From Botryllus schlosseri (lineage: Eukaryota), in assembly GCA_051294905.1 (NCBI GenBank), contig CM119372.1:11658001-11722000 (forward strand): a stretch of 64,000 nucleotides of DNA, written 5' to 3'. How positions within the stretch are numbered: position 1 is the first letter of the stretch; each line of letters opens with the position of its first letter. A model generated the notes under the pieces. That model made no database searches. It was not told where the DNA came from and saw nothing but the letters and a program-made list of their open reading frames with translations. Position numbers and translations under genes: made by a program. Below, piece by piece: positions 24,741 to 39,300 of the stretch.

Positions 24741-25618
24741 TAGGGCAATTTTTTTTGACCTAAAAAACGGAAGATTTTGACCTCAAAATCTAAATTTTGA
24801 CCTTTTTTGACCTAAAAAAACTGAAATTTGACCAAATTTTGACCTCACGTATGCAAATTAGGTGTTTTCGCATATGATGTTAAAATTGTACTACTTATCT
24901 TCATTTCTGGTTGGAACTGTCTGTCCTTACAAAGTAGATTCGCCTGAAAAAAAGTTTTTGGCTAAAAAACTGACAGATTGTTACATGAAAAACTAGTATT
25001 TTAACGAAATCTGGCCCTATGAAGAATTCCAGTAGTTACATTACGTATTCTGGTGGAAATAATTAAAATTTGTTGTAGTACAACGAAAGATCCTTTCCTG
25101 CATTCTCGGGTAGAAAGTGTCTGTCCTTATCTACGTAGCTTGCCAAGAACGGAGAAATAACGTTCAACAGCAGCATTTGTTGGCTGACAACACTCAAGTT
25201 GTGTTCACACTGCTGGTGACAAACCGTGTTGCTTCATTCTGAAAGTGTTGTCTATATCACAATTTTTCAGCTTGCGCTTCTTGATATAATAACCATGCAA
25301 TGTCCAAGCAGTCTTGCTTCAGCTAGGATATTGCGTTACGTTGACCATAAAACCATGTCATTATTTGTTTCATTTGACCATTTATGATTCACAATGAGCA
25401 GACGATGGTCCGTTTACAACGGTAGGCCTATAAAGTAGGCTACAAGTTGTAAAATATCAAATGATAAGTTCACCGACAGCGTAAAATCTACCATACAAAC
25501 GAAATGCAGAGGTCAAAAAATGTTTGACTTTGTAAACAATTTTGACAAATTTTGACCTAACGCTACAATTTTGACCTAATTTTGACTTTTTTTGACATGT
25601 CAAAAAAAAATTGCCCTA
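24741..25618. mobile_element. hAT-type MITE (TAGGGCAA termini, TTTGACC subterminal repeats)
   Basis: TIR TAGGGCAATTTTTT / AAAAAATTGCCCTA; perfect TSD GTGATCAG. Confidence 0.85.
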
Positions 25619-25782
25619 GTGATCAGCTATAACTATCCGATTCGATGCACCCATAAGTTGGCAGCATTGAGCTGCACAATTTCGGTCGGTATTTTCATAA
25701 AAGTGCCAGCTCGTTAGTGGCGAATCATTTTTAGAGCTGCTTAGTAACTGTGGTAGCCTACTATTAATACCTAGAGTACAAC

Positions 25783-25974
25783 CAATGTTCCCTCTAATTT
25801 TTGACGAGTCTGCGCGCACTCGCCAACTTACTGCGCCGTCCCCTGAATAACAGTGCGTAACGACTAAAAAGAAGGTGATCACTTCGGATTTTTTGTGCGC
25901 AGCTTAGTTTTTCTGTGCGCAGAGACCGTGTCAGTACTGCGCAATGCGCACGTGGCAGCTTAGACTAAACATTG
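25783..25974. mobile_element. Short hAT-type MITE (CAATGTTCCCTCTAA family); partial second copy at about 26104-26182
   Basis: TIR CAATGTT / AACATTG; perfect TSD AGTACAAC. Confidence 0.7.
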
Positions 25975-28392
25975 AGTACAACTATAGTACAACGATTCGA
26001 GTTGGCCTACTATTAATACCTACTACAAATTAATTATAATGATTCGAGTCGAATAGTAACAGTCGTTTCTTCGGATAACGAACTAACAGCCTACGCTCTT
26101 GACCAATGTTCCCTCTAATTTTTCACGAGTCTGCGCGAACTCACCAACTCACTGCGCGGTCCTTTGGACAAGAGTGCGTAACACAGGGTTGCCATGGCTG
26201 GACTCTCGATTTACCCGCATTTCTCCGGTAATGTGGGGTGTTGACTAAAAAAGGGTCATCACTTCGGCTCTACTCCCGAATTTTGCGAGACTCTGACGTT
26301 CGCTGCAATGGACTCGATTTTGTTATTGCATTTTAATACATTTTCTACAAAAAGTGATGGTGTCGCTTCGTCTGATTGCGAATTACTGATTACAAATTAG
26401 TGATGTATATTTGTGCACCTGAAATGGTTGTCAATTTAGTCTGATGATTAGCAGTGTCTTCTGTGAAAGATAGATATAGTGATAATTTCTTCGAACCACA
26501 GGTGGATTTCTTTTGTGGGCGGCACATATTTTTCAGCACAAGGTTACGAATATTTCTGGAACGACATCCCTGTTGTCAGCCAATATCATGGTCACTTGAC
26601 TCGATGAAATGATCGTGTGTATGTGGTATTATTTTCGGATACCCAGTTGATGAAAAATGCTATATCAATTTCACGATTTGCACCCGTACCTTAAAATTTA
26701 CCTCCGTACACGCCGGGTGGTATATGCCATTAATTTCGCTCCATCAATCCGGGTATCGTTATTTCACTACGTGAGGATATAAGAACAGATAATCGCCGAC
26801 GCAAGTCGCGACAATGTTTAGGCTTTGTCGCGCAGCCTGATTGCGCAGTTTTGAAACTGAAGTCATTCTTAACCAAACCAATCCAAATATGGCCAGCGGT
26901 ACATGCTGCACATCATGGATTAATATTAAAGTATCTTGTATGATGCACCGAGAATGTGAATGAAATGCGATGTTACCGCAGTAGTAAGCAAGCGGTTACT
27001 TCGCGAGAATTGAGTTTGCATGGTTGTTCAATGTAAGCTGATTCTGTGGCATCAACTATAACCTAATTTTGCAGAAAGGAATTTATGAGTAGGTGGTCTA
27101 TCCGATATAACTGCTAAATGGCCCTATGTTGCTACAATACCGATATTTCTACTCGCGCTAATGCGCCGAGTATCGTGAAGTTGTGATATGACTAATTTCG
27201 CTGAGTTGGGCCATGCTACCATACGCATAAGCTGTCAGCTTGGGTGGGACGGCGTCCGGAACTTGTCCCCACTCTGACATCACCAACCTGCCACCTACCA
27301 GAAAAACCTGCTGTTGTAATTTCAGAAGAACGTTTAGTAAAGCAATATGAAATGCTAAAATTGATTTCAGTTTAAACGTATTGTTGTTGTTGTTCAAAGT
27401 AAGCTATTCTCCTGTACCCAATATCACTTTTCCTCACTTGTAGATACGGCTTCGGCGATGGTAATATCATTTCACGGAGGAATAATTTGCTTATAGGAAT
27501 GGGCATATTGCCTTGACGTACAATAATCCACCATACTGCCAAGACCGAGACGCTTAGAAAACGACTTCGGGCTCCTCAAACGACCAATCATTACGAGGAT
27601 ACAGTTTTCCAGCAAGTACCGAGTCCAGCTAACCACAACATCGATTCTTCGGTCCAGGCTTAGATTAAGAAGGTCCAGGACAAGGTCCAGGGGTGGCCAA
27701 TATGCGGCGGTAGAAGGAAAATTATGCGGCCGTCGACACTAATTCGACTAGTATGTGTTGGCGGCCGTCAATATGCAAATTGAATTTACAAATTGACTCT
27801 CCAATTAATGAGATGTTTGAATTATTCTTTAGATTTTCTTCGCGTTATGCGCGGTTCAATGCTAGATGATTTTCGATTTTAATATAGTAGTGTCCTTTGT
27901 AATCTGAGCCCCACAGTACATATATGCAAACGGTAGAGGAAAATGATGCGCCAGATTATAAAGAAATACCAATTTGTAATCGTGTTCCCTCATCACGAAG
28001 GAAATTTGTTTCTGGTAGGCCTACGTTTGGGAGAATCAAATATCTTTCTACTGTACCGACAATCCTGATGGGAGGTCAAGAAATAACAGCATGCAACGAC
28101 AGCAGGCGGCTTCGCGCCTCCCCTCAGATGGTTTCACGCCCCCTATTTGAGAACCAATGCTCGAAACTGATTATGGAATAATTCATTCCAATACGAAGCA
28201 CCGCTTGTCAATGGCACTTTTCTATATTTTCCAGAGCATTTCAACCATTTCACAAACCACAATTTTACTGAGAGGAAGACAGGCAATAAGAAAAGAGAAA
28301 GTCGATTACTATTAAAAAGTTCTAAGAAGTATGCAAACGAGGTCGATGCCAGAATCGACAAATATATATATGCACAAATCACGACCTTGGTA

Positions 28393-28398
28393 TTTATT
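28393..28398 (-). terminator. Candidate polyadenylation signal of Hox3
   Basis: First canonical AATAAA I found on the minus strand after the stop codon, implying a 3' UTR of about 1.1 kb. Confidence 0.35.
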
Positions 28399-29481
28399 TG
28401 ACATGTGAAACTAGCTGTCTAAAATTCGATAACAACGGAGAACACAAAACAATATTTTGCAATATTGAGGGATGTACAATGTGAGATGTGCCTATTCTTT
28501 CAATGACATTGTTTGTTATCGCACCACAGTAATCTGAGGCGAAACCAGAATGGAAATTTGATTATGGTCAGAAAATTTCAACGATCAGGTGACGTGTCAT
28601 ATACAATGTGACGCAATACACGAATGTGAATTCACAGCGCCGAAACGACATGCATTTAGCTGATTTAGAGCGTCATTTGACTCACCTCTTCTAGCTAAAA
28701 TAGTCAGTCAATGCTGGGATACACAAAGGGTAATTCAGCCCTCGACACTACGGACACGGTATTAGATATACCGATACAACGGAATCGTGAACTATACGTT
28801 GCATTGAAAAGGTTTGCTGGCGATTTTCATTAATTGTATCGGTTCCAACTAGCATGCACACTGCGCAAGGACAGTTTTTGCATATAACTCCGTCTAGCGT
28901 GAACATGAACACCAGAATGAACTATCCCATCTGTTACACTCACCTATACCAGTCAAATTCGGATCGCTAATATCTTATAGACGTCGGATGAAAGAGCAAA
29001 CATGTTTTACCTATGATCGGATAGAACATATAACATATTCAATTCGGTAAGGGGAAAGTGATATTTTTATATCAGACCTGCTCAAATATTCTGATCAAAG
29101 GCCGTCCGGCAACACAACAGTAAAATAAGCAGTGCGAGGGAGAATCGGCTCTAACATCCACAAGTACCTCAGGCGCTTACAAAAAACCAAACGACACGCA
29201 TATATACGGACCAAGCCAGATCCCGACAGGTCAAGCAAAGAGACGAGATGCGTCATCACCATGGCTCGGTTACAAAGAACACAACTCTCTCCACGAGCAC
29301 CCCTGTATCGTGTGCTGCGCCCGCGACAAGTTAAACATCCGTTCCACGGAGCAATCCCTCAGCATAAATATATTATATATAGCGTTTATACCAAATCTGT
29401 ATGGAATGGACTAGCACCGCATAAAATGACTATGCTCGATTGAAAGAAAAACTTGCGACCTGCCCGTAGAAGATATCTCCA

Positions 29482-30308
29482 CTACAAGTGAGTTAAACGG
29501 TTATTCATGTAAACATCGTTCATCTGCATTCGCGGGCTGCTCGATTTAGACCTGGAAAAGTCAAGGGGCGTGCGTTCCACACGCCTCTCAAACCTAGCCG
29601 GTCCGCAGTGGCCGGGCGCGAAAGAACCGGCGAAAACGTCCGCGGGCGGGTGGCCGTGACCCGCAAAATGCCGCGCCCGTTCCTGAAACTCCCCTGGCGA
29701 GCGCTGCACGCAGTCGGACAGCGATTCGAGAGGGTTGTGAAACTGCCCGTAGCGTCCGGTGTTAAAGTTAGACGCGGCCGCCAGTTCTTTTGCCCTATCG
29801 TACACCGAAGAGAAATTCCCATGAGCGGGCGCGCGAGGCGCTGTAATTTGCGCGGCGTTACCTTGCGGCTTGCGCGCCGCGAGGTCGTCGATTTGATTTT
29901 GAAACGCAGGGAAACCGTTGCCGTGAAAGAGAGAGTCATAACCGCTCGGGCGTGACGCGACGCGCATCAACGCTTGCGTTTGCGCTCGCGCTGTTTTCTC
30001 TCGCAGCAGGCCAGCATCGTCTTCGACTGGAGTCTGATGAGGAGATATGCTGCTGGGCATGTAACCGCCCCGAGTGGACTGTCCCATGTTTTGCGCTTCG
30101 TTGCCGCTGCTGGAAGCTGAGCGCGCGCCAATGTCGGGAGTGAAGTTCGAGGACTGTCCGTTGCCCGGCGACAGCGTCCCGTTTGACGAGACGGATGACG
30201 GGGATGTGAGGCGGCCTTTGTGGGTGGGCCCAGGGTAGCTTTTCGGCATGGATTCGAATGAGTTTGGGGCACCGTGTGGCATCATATGCGTGTTCGGCAA
30301 GCCGGTGT
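29482..30308 (-). CDS. Hox3: Hox3 last coding exon
   Basis: Acceptor TTACTTTCAG before 30308 (phase 1); GC-rich open frame ending NNRLTHL-TAG, matching the KLTHL terminus of vertebrate Hox3 proteins. Confidence 0.9.
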
Positions 30309-33300
30309 CTGAAAGTAACGGAAGGGACATAAGCGTACGTGGTCAAAGTGTTAATGGTTTGCAATCAAGTCGAAGTGGAAGAAAAGGCGTAAATTTCAGC
30401 TCAAGGACAAGTAGAAGTAGCGATTTCCAAGCAAGTATAAAGTAAGTGTTATAGCCCTAGTTTTGCGTACAAAAATTTAAAACGGTCAAATAGAAGTATA
30501 AGCAACGTAAATTTCTACTGAGGTACAAGTAGGAGTAGGGATTTCTCAGTAAGTAAAAAGTATCTGATCTAGGCCTAGTTTTTGAAAATTGTGAATCAGA
30601 AGAAGTCGACAAACATCACCACTTGAGTAAGTAGTGCAAGTGGGGAAAAACTCCTTGAGTATTCGGAAAAAGTAGAAGTACCACAGGACCTAAGGCACAT
30701 AAAAGGTTTCATCTATGCGGTGGCGGCATCAAAACAAAATGGTACCGGTCGGGCGAATAAATTCTCATTACGATACCAACGGCGGTCTCAATAGCGGACG
30801 TTCAGGTCCTTCGCATTCACCTATGTTATCACAAAGAGAATATCGAATGTAGGCACAATGATTCTTCGACTATAATCGAGTATTGATTTCGGCGATTTGA
30901 CTCGAGAACTATACGAGTCGATTTTTCGAGTACTGAATTAATACGCTCTTATGCGACTAAGAATTGTTTACCGAAGTAGAATTATCTTGTCGATATTTCC
31001 TTCACATCACAACACTCAATAATGCGGTAAAGGGATACGTATATGTTTGTGGCGACAATCGCCTGAAGTATTGGCCCACCCTTGGCGTTGTCACAGTGTG
31101 GCATGTCACATTTATGGTACAAAAGCGCGCAATTATATCATGTGAAGTTCAACTGACAATATTCATTTGTGGAACAATGAAAGGTACATAATTATTAGGA
31201 TATTTCGTCCTTGACACCATGATGAGTGATAGTTATAGACTCGCCTCCAAGCTTAATAGTCGATATGCAATATCGATGGGTTCGCATCCCCGGATACTCG
31301 ATTTCGACGAGCCCTAATCGAATGGTACCTGCACTGGATTTTTTGGATAATGAGTAGTTAACGGGCGTTTCAAGTTCTTGTGGTTCACACGCGCGCTTCA
31401 AATTCTTGTGGTTCACATCACATCCACGAACATAACACGTTCCTCGGTGACGTCAAATTGGAGTGATGATATCGATTCAAGTCGCGACTCAAATTGAGAT
31501 CCGACCTGACAGGCTACACCTACTCATCGCCGAGATCATGCGATTTACGCAGAGCCAAAATCTGTTGGTCCAATATCGCTCCTATAGGTTAAGTACCATG
31601 CAAGAGACCAGATGAAAACTAAGAGATGGCGCGATCTCCTTTCATTGCACAGATTTAATCTATAGGTACACCGACAGAAGCCGTGTTTTGAAATGAGAAT
31701 TTCCGACATCGACAAACACACGTTCCGAAACAGTATAGGATCGCAACCGGCATGGTTCACTTCGTGACTTCAGCATAACATCAGATCAAACGCAGGTGCT
31801 GAGTGACACTAGGTAACGGAATATAGAAATTCATTCACACCGAGAGTTCAACCGCCGGTCAGTTCCAGGAATGTAAAGAAGCATCGGATACTTTTGAAAA
31901 CACTGACTCATTTCAACAACACGTCCATTGATACGATCTGCCATTCATGGCCGGGTGATCGGCTTACCTTGACTGACGTGTGACCCATGCTGCCGGTGCG
32001 AGTGGTAGCAACGGGATCCCGAAGAGCATCCCGGGGTCGAACCGGGACCTTCCGTCGGCAGCGGCCTGTAAGATCCGTCTGCAGGTAGGAATGGCGGATA
32101 TTAGCAATCCGAAAATGTGGAAACATAAATAGGCCTATTCGCGATATGGTGTTGAAACGCAGCGAGTGCTAGCAGGTATTTTATAGGTGAATAGCGCTCG
32201 CAACGTATTGACGAGACCTTCATTGTTGCGGTCTAGTATATGTTGAATGCCTTTGTCATCAAGTGTGACGAAACCAGGCATGGATTCATGCATGAGACAC
32301 TCTTTTTTCTAGAAACGAACGGGACAAAAAGTGGGGCGTACCAGTTCCATGAAGCCGATTTTGGTTAACAGCGAGCTCCGGTATGTTGACAGTATGAGGA
32401 GATACAAGAACGGCTTCGATCTCCCAAACGCACAATGTATACGAAAATAATATATTTTCCCGGTTTACACCATAGCGTAGGATGCAAGTCAGGCAAACTG
32501 CATTTTCTGGTACATAAATGTGGCTGTAACAACCATTACAATAGGTAACAACGAGTGAAATACAATTCCCTATGGTGTTTGGAATATGATTGTATGATAC
32601 ACGTAACAACCCATATATCTCCATAAGAACAGGTGCTTTTAACTCGTTTGAAGCCATTGGAACAGGTGTCAAAGCAATATTCGGTAGCAGAAAGCGCCAA
32701 CTGCTTGATTTCCGCCCCGATCTTTCGTGGAAATCTGGTAAAACACCTATTTCCCACCATACTATTTACAGTTTATGACTTTGGATCAAATACAGATCAA
32801 GTAGTGAATAAAAAATTCCAAACTGTAACCCCATTCGCCCTTACCTACCTTATAGTGTTGCTTGTTGACTGACACAGAACTATCATGACGGCCCCTTCAA
32901 ATTCAAATACTATGTATTCGCATGTATCCATTAATATCTAAAACTTTAGATATCCCTGGCATGTATCGCGTACTTTCTATAGGGAGCTCGACCAATGACA
33001 CCACGCTGTGAGGGTACGCCACAGGAGAAGTTTGGAGTGGGCCACAGAGCTATTTGGAAAATTGTAGAATTAGTGAAAGTTTAGTTATATTTGTTATGTT
33101 ACTCGATCAAAAATATATTCATATTATCGAATCACACGTAGGATACATAAATGTGATGAGACGTAGGGGCACTATGGCGTCATGGCCGGGGGACAAAAGA
33201 CGCCGTTTTTTTCCTCGGTCATGATAACCTACGGCTAACCTAACAGCAATGAAAACAATTTCGATTATATAATAACTGTAAGTTAATGCTGAAATAACCA

Positions 33301-36300
33301 AGTATTCCGGCAGGGTTATATGTCGTATGCCGTTAAAAAGATGTACAACGCTCGGACTGAAGTGCATTTGATGTAGATTCGCAGGTGATATTATTGTAAC
33401 ATTAAAATAGCTATAATTGTGATTTATTATCCATAATCAACTTCCTGTGGAAGTATACGACACCACCGCAACGAATCGTAATGGATTGAGGGTGCAGCGC
33501 AACACATTTCGATTTGGAGTCGGTTTAAAATGTCCTTCCTTGAAATCATTCTATATAATGTAAGAGTCACATGAATTAATTGTATCATTGAATTGAATGT
33601 TCTGACATCGCAATTTAATTATGTTAATTGTACAGCTTGCATTGAAAAAAAATTCTTTCTCAACTTCTCCGTAGTATCCCATTCACCAAAGAATTGTTTG
33701 AAGCTGGCCCACTGGTTATATTATTCCCATCGTAGTGGAACTAAAACCCCAATCACGCATTGTATGCGGGTTTAGATCATTAGGTTTCGCAAAGTGACTG
33801 GAACAGCGGGGGACCATAATGTACACAAGAGTTATACAATCTAAGAGGGCCGTACCCCTTACCCCCAATTAGGCGGAGCTCTAAGATGTCCAAATTTATC
33901 TCGTTGGTCGTTTGTTGGAGCAGATTTCTTCAACTTGAAAATTGTCGTCGCGCATCGCGCGGTCTCATGTCTCTAGAACAGTAGTTCTCAACCTTTTTGT
34001 CTACGCGGACCCCCTTTGGACTGTCACGGACCCCCGCGGACCCCTCAACAAACACAGCTTTAGTTCGTATATATCGTACAGCCGCCATCTCTCTTGTGCA
34101 AATATTGTATCAAAGTGAATTCTGTATCTGCATTTCTTGAAATACGCGGCCTTGTCCTGCAAATCTGCGGCGTCAATTTGATATGAACAAGTGCCGACAA
34201 TCCATTAGGTGATGGCGAATACACGTAGCGCTTCCGACGACGCCTTTGGGTGTGATCTCAATATATATGGCACCGATATAATGCCTAGCCTAGTCATTCC
34301 TATATCTATAGCAGCTCATGTTGAAGTTGTTCTGGGATAGCGGTTATGTATCTATATATCACCGGAGAAAATTGATTTCTGCCAAAAAATTTTCCTATCT
34401 GTTTATGTGAGTCCTGAAGTTTTAGCAGTTATGAAGCGAATGTGCTTCGTGATTTCTCTAAATTAAGACAAAATACATATTAGGTTACTAACCATTTTAC
34501 AAAATTGAAGGTTTCGTGGATCCCAGGTTGAGAACCACTGCTCTAGAGCAGTGCTCTTCAACCGGGGTGGTCGTACACCCTAGGGTGTACCAGAATTCGC
34601 AAAGGGTGTACCACTCGGATGGGGTGTACAGGGGTGTACCAGATCCGAGTAACAATGAGCCGATGGCTAGCTATCACAAATGCCGGTTTATAGGTCAGTA
34701 CAGACAGGTTGACGCACAGGTTAACGAGCAATATGGTACAATGTTATCTCAAGTGTAATACTGTACACCGCTTGATTGTGATGTCATAAGCAAATATTTC
34801 TTCTATTCATTTAGCCGTCGGCAATAGACCAATGGTTCCGTTTGGTGTTGTAAAGTATGCAGTTAACAAACATGTGTTCAGCTAGTCATTAGTATTTTAT
34901 TGATTTGTGAGGAAACCGCCGCGATAGCTCAGACTTTTTGAATCCGTGCTTCCTACCCGACGCTAATAAATACCGCAATGCACATAAATGAAGTGACGTA
35001 GCTAGCCAGGGTCGAAACAGCTTCCATATTGAAATCGAAACCCTTTTGTTTTAAAATGCCGATTGTATGTCCAATCTTTCGCCATACATTTGCAATCTAG
35101 TATTTTGTTATAAGTGATGTAAATTAGCGACAACAGACTGTGAAAGCGCCATACGATCTGAGGTTACTGACATCTCTTGCAGCCCATGTGCTACTATCGA
35201 CTGTGTGTGGTGTGTGGCAGGCCTGATGTGCAGTAGGCTGGTGCGCCTGCTATCATCGCTGATCTGAATTACCGCTTCTGCAGCAGTAGCTTTACCTACT
35301 CTCCCCCCAATACTGTTACATTTAGGTTGATTATCGTTCGTTATATCATGCTGTTTTTGCTCTGACACGAAATAAATTCCAATTTGCGTAGGGTTACCAT
35401 ACGTCCTCTTTTAAGAGGATTTGTCCTCTTTTTTGACTTTTTTGAAAGTGTCCTCGGAGGACGCCCTTTTGTCTTCTTTTTTTGAGATTTTGTCCTCTTT
35501 TTTGAAAATTTAGGTCAGATTTAGAGCAAATTGATATGCCGTAAATCAGCACAGAAGTGACGCTCCGGCGGGTATTTCGGAGTGAAAAACTGTGATTTTA
35601 GCTCTGAGTGAAAAGTTGACCTTTTTTTAGTCATCCACCTAGCAATGCGGAGAGAAAAACGATATTTTGAGCTCTGAGCGGAAAGATGACCTTTATTTTT
35701 AGTCAATTGATCACCAAGTGGAAATAATTCACCGGTTTTTTAGAATTCTTCTCCGGTTTTGCAAGTCTCAAATTTCTGAAAAAGTGTCCTCTTTTTAGAT
35801 TTCCAAAATATGGTAAGCCTAAATTTGCGCGGCGGGCTGCCTAACTGGCTGCTAATAGACTCTGTGACCAAATACTATTTTATTCAAATCCATTTTTTTT
35901 GACGGCAATACCTCCGCTTCTACTGGTCGGAATTGAACCAAATTTGAATAACATAGTTTTTATAGACAACCTAATACTTTCATGGGGTGAACAGAAAAAT
36001 TTCAAATTTTTCGTTAATTATTTTTGTATAGTAAATAGAAACTTTCCTCTCCCGTAGCAAGGCGGCTACTAGTTGAAATTGAACCAAATTTGGTGTGTAG
36101 GCTTAAATTAGGTAACCTAACAATTTTATCAAGTAGCCAGTACGATTTGAGAAAAATAGTCATGTTTGAAGACCCCTAATGAACAGGGGTGTACGAGTTT
36201 TGAGCAAACCTTAAAAGGGTGTACCACTTCGAAAAAGGTTGAAGAGCACTGCTCTAGAGGTCTAGATTTATGAGTGATTAGTAAGAGAAAATTGCGCATA

Positions 36301-39300
36301 TTTTAGAGAAAAAGGCATATAGGCGGTGATTACCACGCACTGAAGAGGACTATGACTCTAGGATAAGATGTGGGCCACAGAACATTTTCAAATCGGAAAA
36401 TGGTCCACGGCCAAAAAAACGTTGAGAACCCCTGTCTTAGATGCTATGGCATTGCATCGTAATACGCCGAGGCGCTGAAACAATGACCCAAGCAAATTTG
36501 TGAGCCTTTATCTCAATTCACACCAAAAAGCTCGAGACTCACTGCAAATAAAAGTCACAAAATAAAGACACGAAGAGGGCAATGGAAATACGAATATAAT
36601 CCCATACCTCCAGGATGAAAATGACCTCCGCCAACATAATGCCGGTGGTCGTTATTCCTTGATATCAACGGGTCCGTTGCCATGTTCGGATTGTGATGAT
36701 GCTGGTGGAAAAAGCCATCGTCCCTCGCCATGGGCACTACCTTCAGTTTCTGATCCTTCTTGTATTTCATTCTGCGATTCTGAAACCATATCTTGATTTG
36801 CCTGTGAAAGTATTTTCAGGACGTTTTAGAATATCACGGATAGCTCGCATCGAGATCAGAAATATTTCAAAATGACTATTAATAGGGTTGCATTTAAAAC
36901 AAAAATCAATTTAAAACAAACATGTTTAAAACAAGGCCCTAATTTAAAACTTGTTTTTAATTGTTTTTCATGTTGTTATTTTTTAAATCCATGACGTCAC
37001 GAATATTCAATTGTGACGACATAGTGGATTGACATTGACAATTGACAATATAGGGTAAAAATAGCTCCTTTTGATGAAATATATGTACTATTGCTGTTGA
37101 ACAGACTATTTTGAGGGTTGCAACCATCCCATATCGATATACGTCGGCTATATCGGGTGGTAATTGCCCATAGGCTCGTACTACATGTTTTTTGTAAAGT
37201 ATTTACACAATTATGACATAATTTTACCACTTACAAAAACAATTTTTTTTATTAAAGGCCTTTTTTTAAAACACTGTTTAAAATATGTTTTGAACAAAGT
37301 GTTTTGAAACACTGTTTGTTTTAAATGCAACCCTAACTAGTAACATGATAGAAGGGTGGAAAACGCTGGATTGGTGACTATCAGAATAGAATTGAGAGAT
37401 CCGTTTATTCAGATTTCAGAATAATAAACTCTCTTGTCATACATAGGATGACTAAAATAAACGTACGAAACGTTTCGCGCCTACGTCCAAGGAGAGGTAC
37501 CCTAATAATGCCCGATTGAATCGTGTCGAAATTTGGTTGAATGTAAAATTACGTAGAATTGATTTCTGTCAGAGAGTGTGAAAAAACGTGGGCCATAGTA
37601 TCGCAGTGAAGTAAACCGTTTCGATATGACCAATTTCGCACGCAAATCTGATTCATATGCTACCCCTACCATCCATTCGGAAACTGGCACGTAAACTTTG
37701 AAGTAACATCGTAATATCAAATCGTTTATACGAATGCATAAAAAATTATTTTGCAAAAACGCACCATCGAAAGAACCCCCTTATTGGCATAGTGACTTTT
37801 TCCGCCGCGAGGACTATCAGCTTGAATGTTGATGGTAAACTTGAAAATATTCTTTCATGTATACTGTATACATAGTAGGGGAGATGTGGTACCGATGGAT
37901 CAAAAATTGGAAAATGATCGCTGTCCCCGAAATGTTCAGCCGAAAACAGCAGATCTTTTGCCGGCTCAGCACTTCGATACAAGCTCTACCTATCGCTCAC
38001 ATCTACATGAATATCCGTCTTTTCAAAAAATATTTATGGACGTTCAAAATTTGTTGCTCGAACGTGTCATCGGTCCCCACCCGGTGGGTTCAATGGCACA
38101 CGACCCCGGGACCTATGACACAGATACCCTAAAAAACTCAAATGTGACTACTTTTCTTGCTCAGTATTATAATCCAAGCTACAGCAAGCCAAAGAAGAAT
38201 GTTTGGTCGCAACTGTCTAAAAATAGAATAAATATTACCTCAAATGTTGTCATAAAATCACGTTTCGATTTAGGCTCGGACTTATAAATTTGAGGGTACA
38301 TACATATTACCCGAAAATCGACAGTGTGACTTCCAAATACCTCGTTATGGCGATAAAACATCATATGCAATTATTACATAAAGATTTTCTGTACGTAGGC
38401 ATGTTTCATTTGTTTCATAATTAGTATGCTTGATTACTTTGCTTGATTTGGCTATTGTATCATCGGTCCCCACCCTACGAATTTTATACATGAATCGAAA
38501 AAGTCTACTCAAGGAAAGTACTGAAAAAATAATAATAGGTGCCATTATATAGCCTGATACAAGCCCTACCCTTCACAATAAAAATGATTGCTGGTTTGCT
38601 CGTGTTGAAGGTTACAAATAAAAATGTATATGTCGATCTAAATTTAGTTTACCCCCCCCCCCCAAAAAAAAAATCATCTGTGAGAGACCCCATAGCTCGC
38701 GTACGTCGAATTTTTTTTGTATGTGAGGAAAGATTTTGCCAGCACGCAATTGTAGACAAGTTCACGGAGTGTAATCATGGAATTATCATAGAGAATTTTC
38801 AAAGTATTTTCGGTCCCAGTGATCCATCGGTACCACATCTCCCCTACATATACTCCAATTCGGGTCACCCGTGGCATTGTAACGACCGTGGGCGTAGCCT
38901 CCGCGGTCGCGTACGGTTGGACACACGTGGAATTTTTTTGAAAACGGGGCGTTTTGAGAATAGGGAGCCAAGCTCGGCAGTTCGCATTGAAGGTTATAGG
39001 CCATTATTTAAGATACATTTTCTTATGAACACATCACACGGACGTACACATGTTACAAGAAATCAAAATGTCCCATAGCGACAATGAGATTTATATATGT
39101 GGTGTCCCTTCTCAAGTTTAAGAAAATTGTTCAAAAAATTGTGATACAACGCCGAAGATCTTCACCTGTTCAGTTTTTCCAAAATAAATTACAATCTCAG
39201 CAGTCTTTTCATTTTTATTTAGAAATACGAAACTATACATGTCACCTACCGGGTTTTATCGGCGGCGCACTACAGATGAGGGGTCGTGTGCCAAACCGCG

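Noticed and set aside
29520..30445. Several overlapping ORFs on both strands
   Set aside because: Shadow frames of the GC-rich last Hox3 exon.
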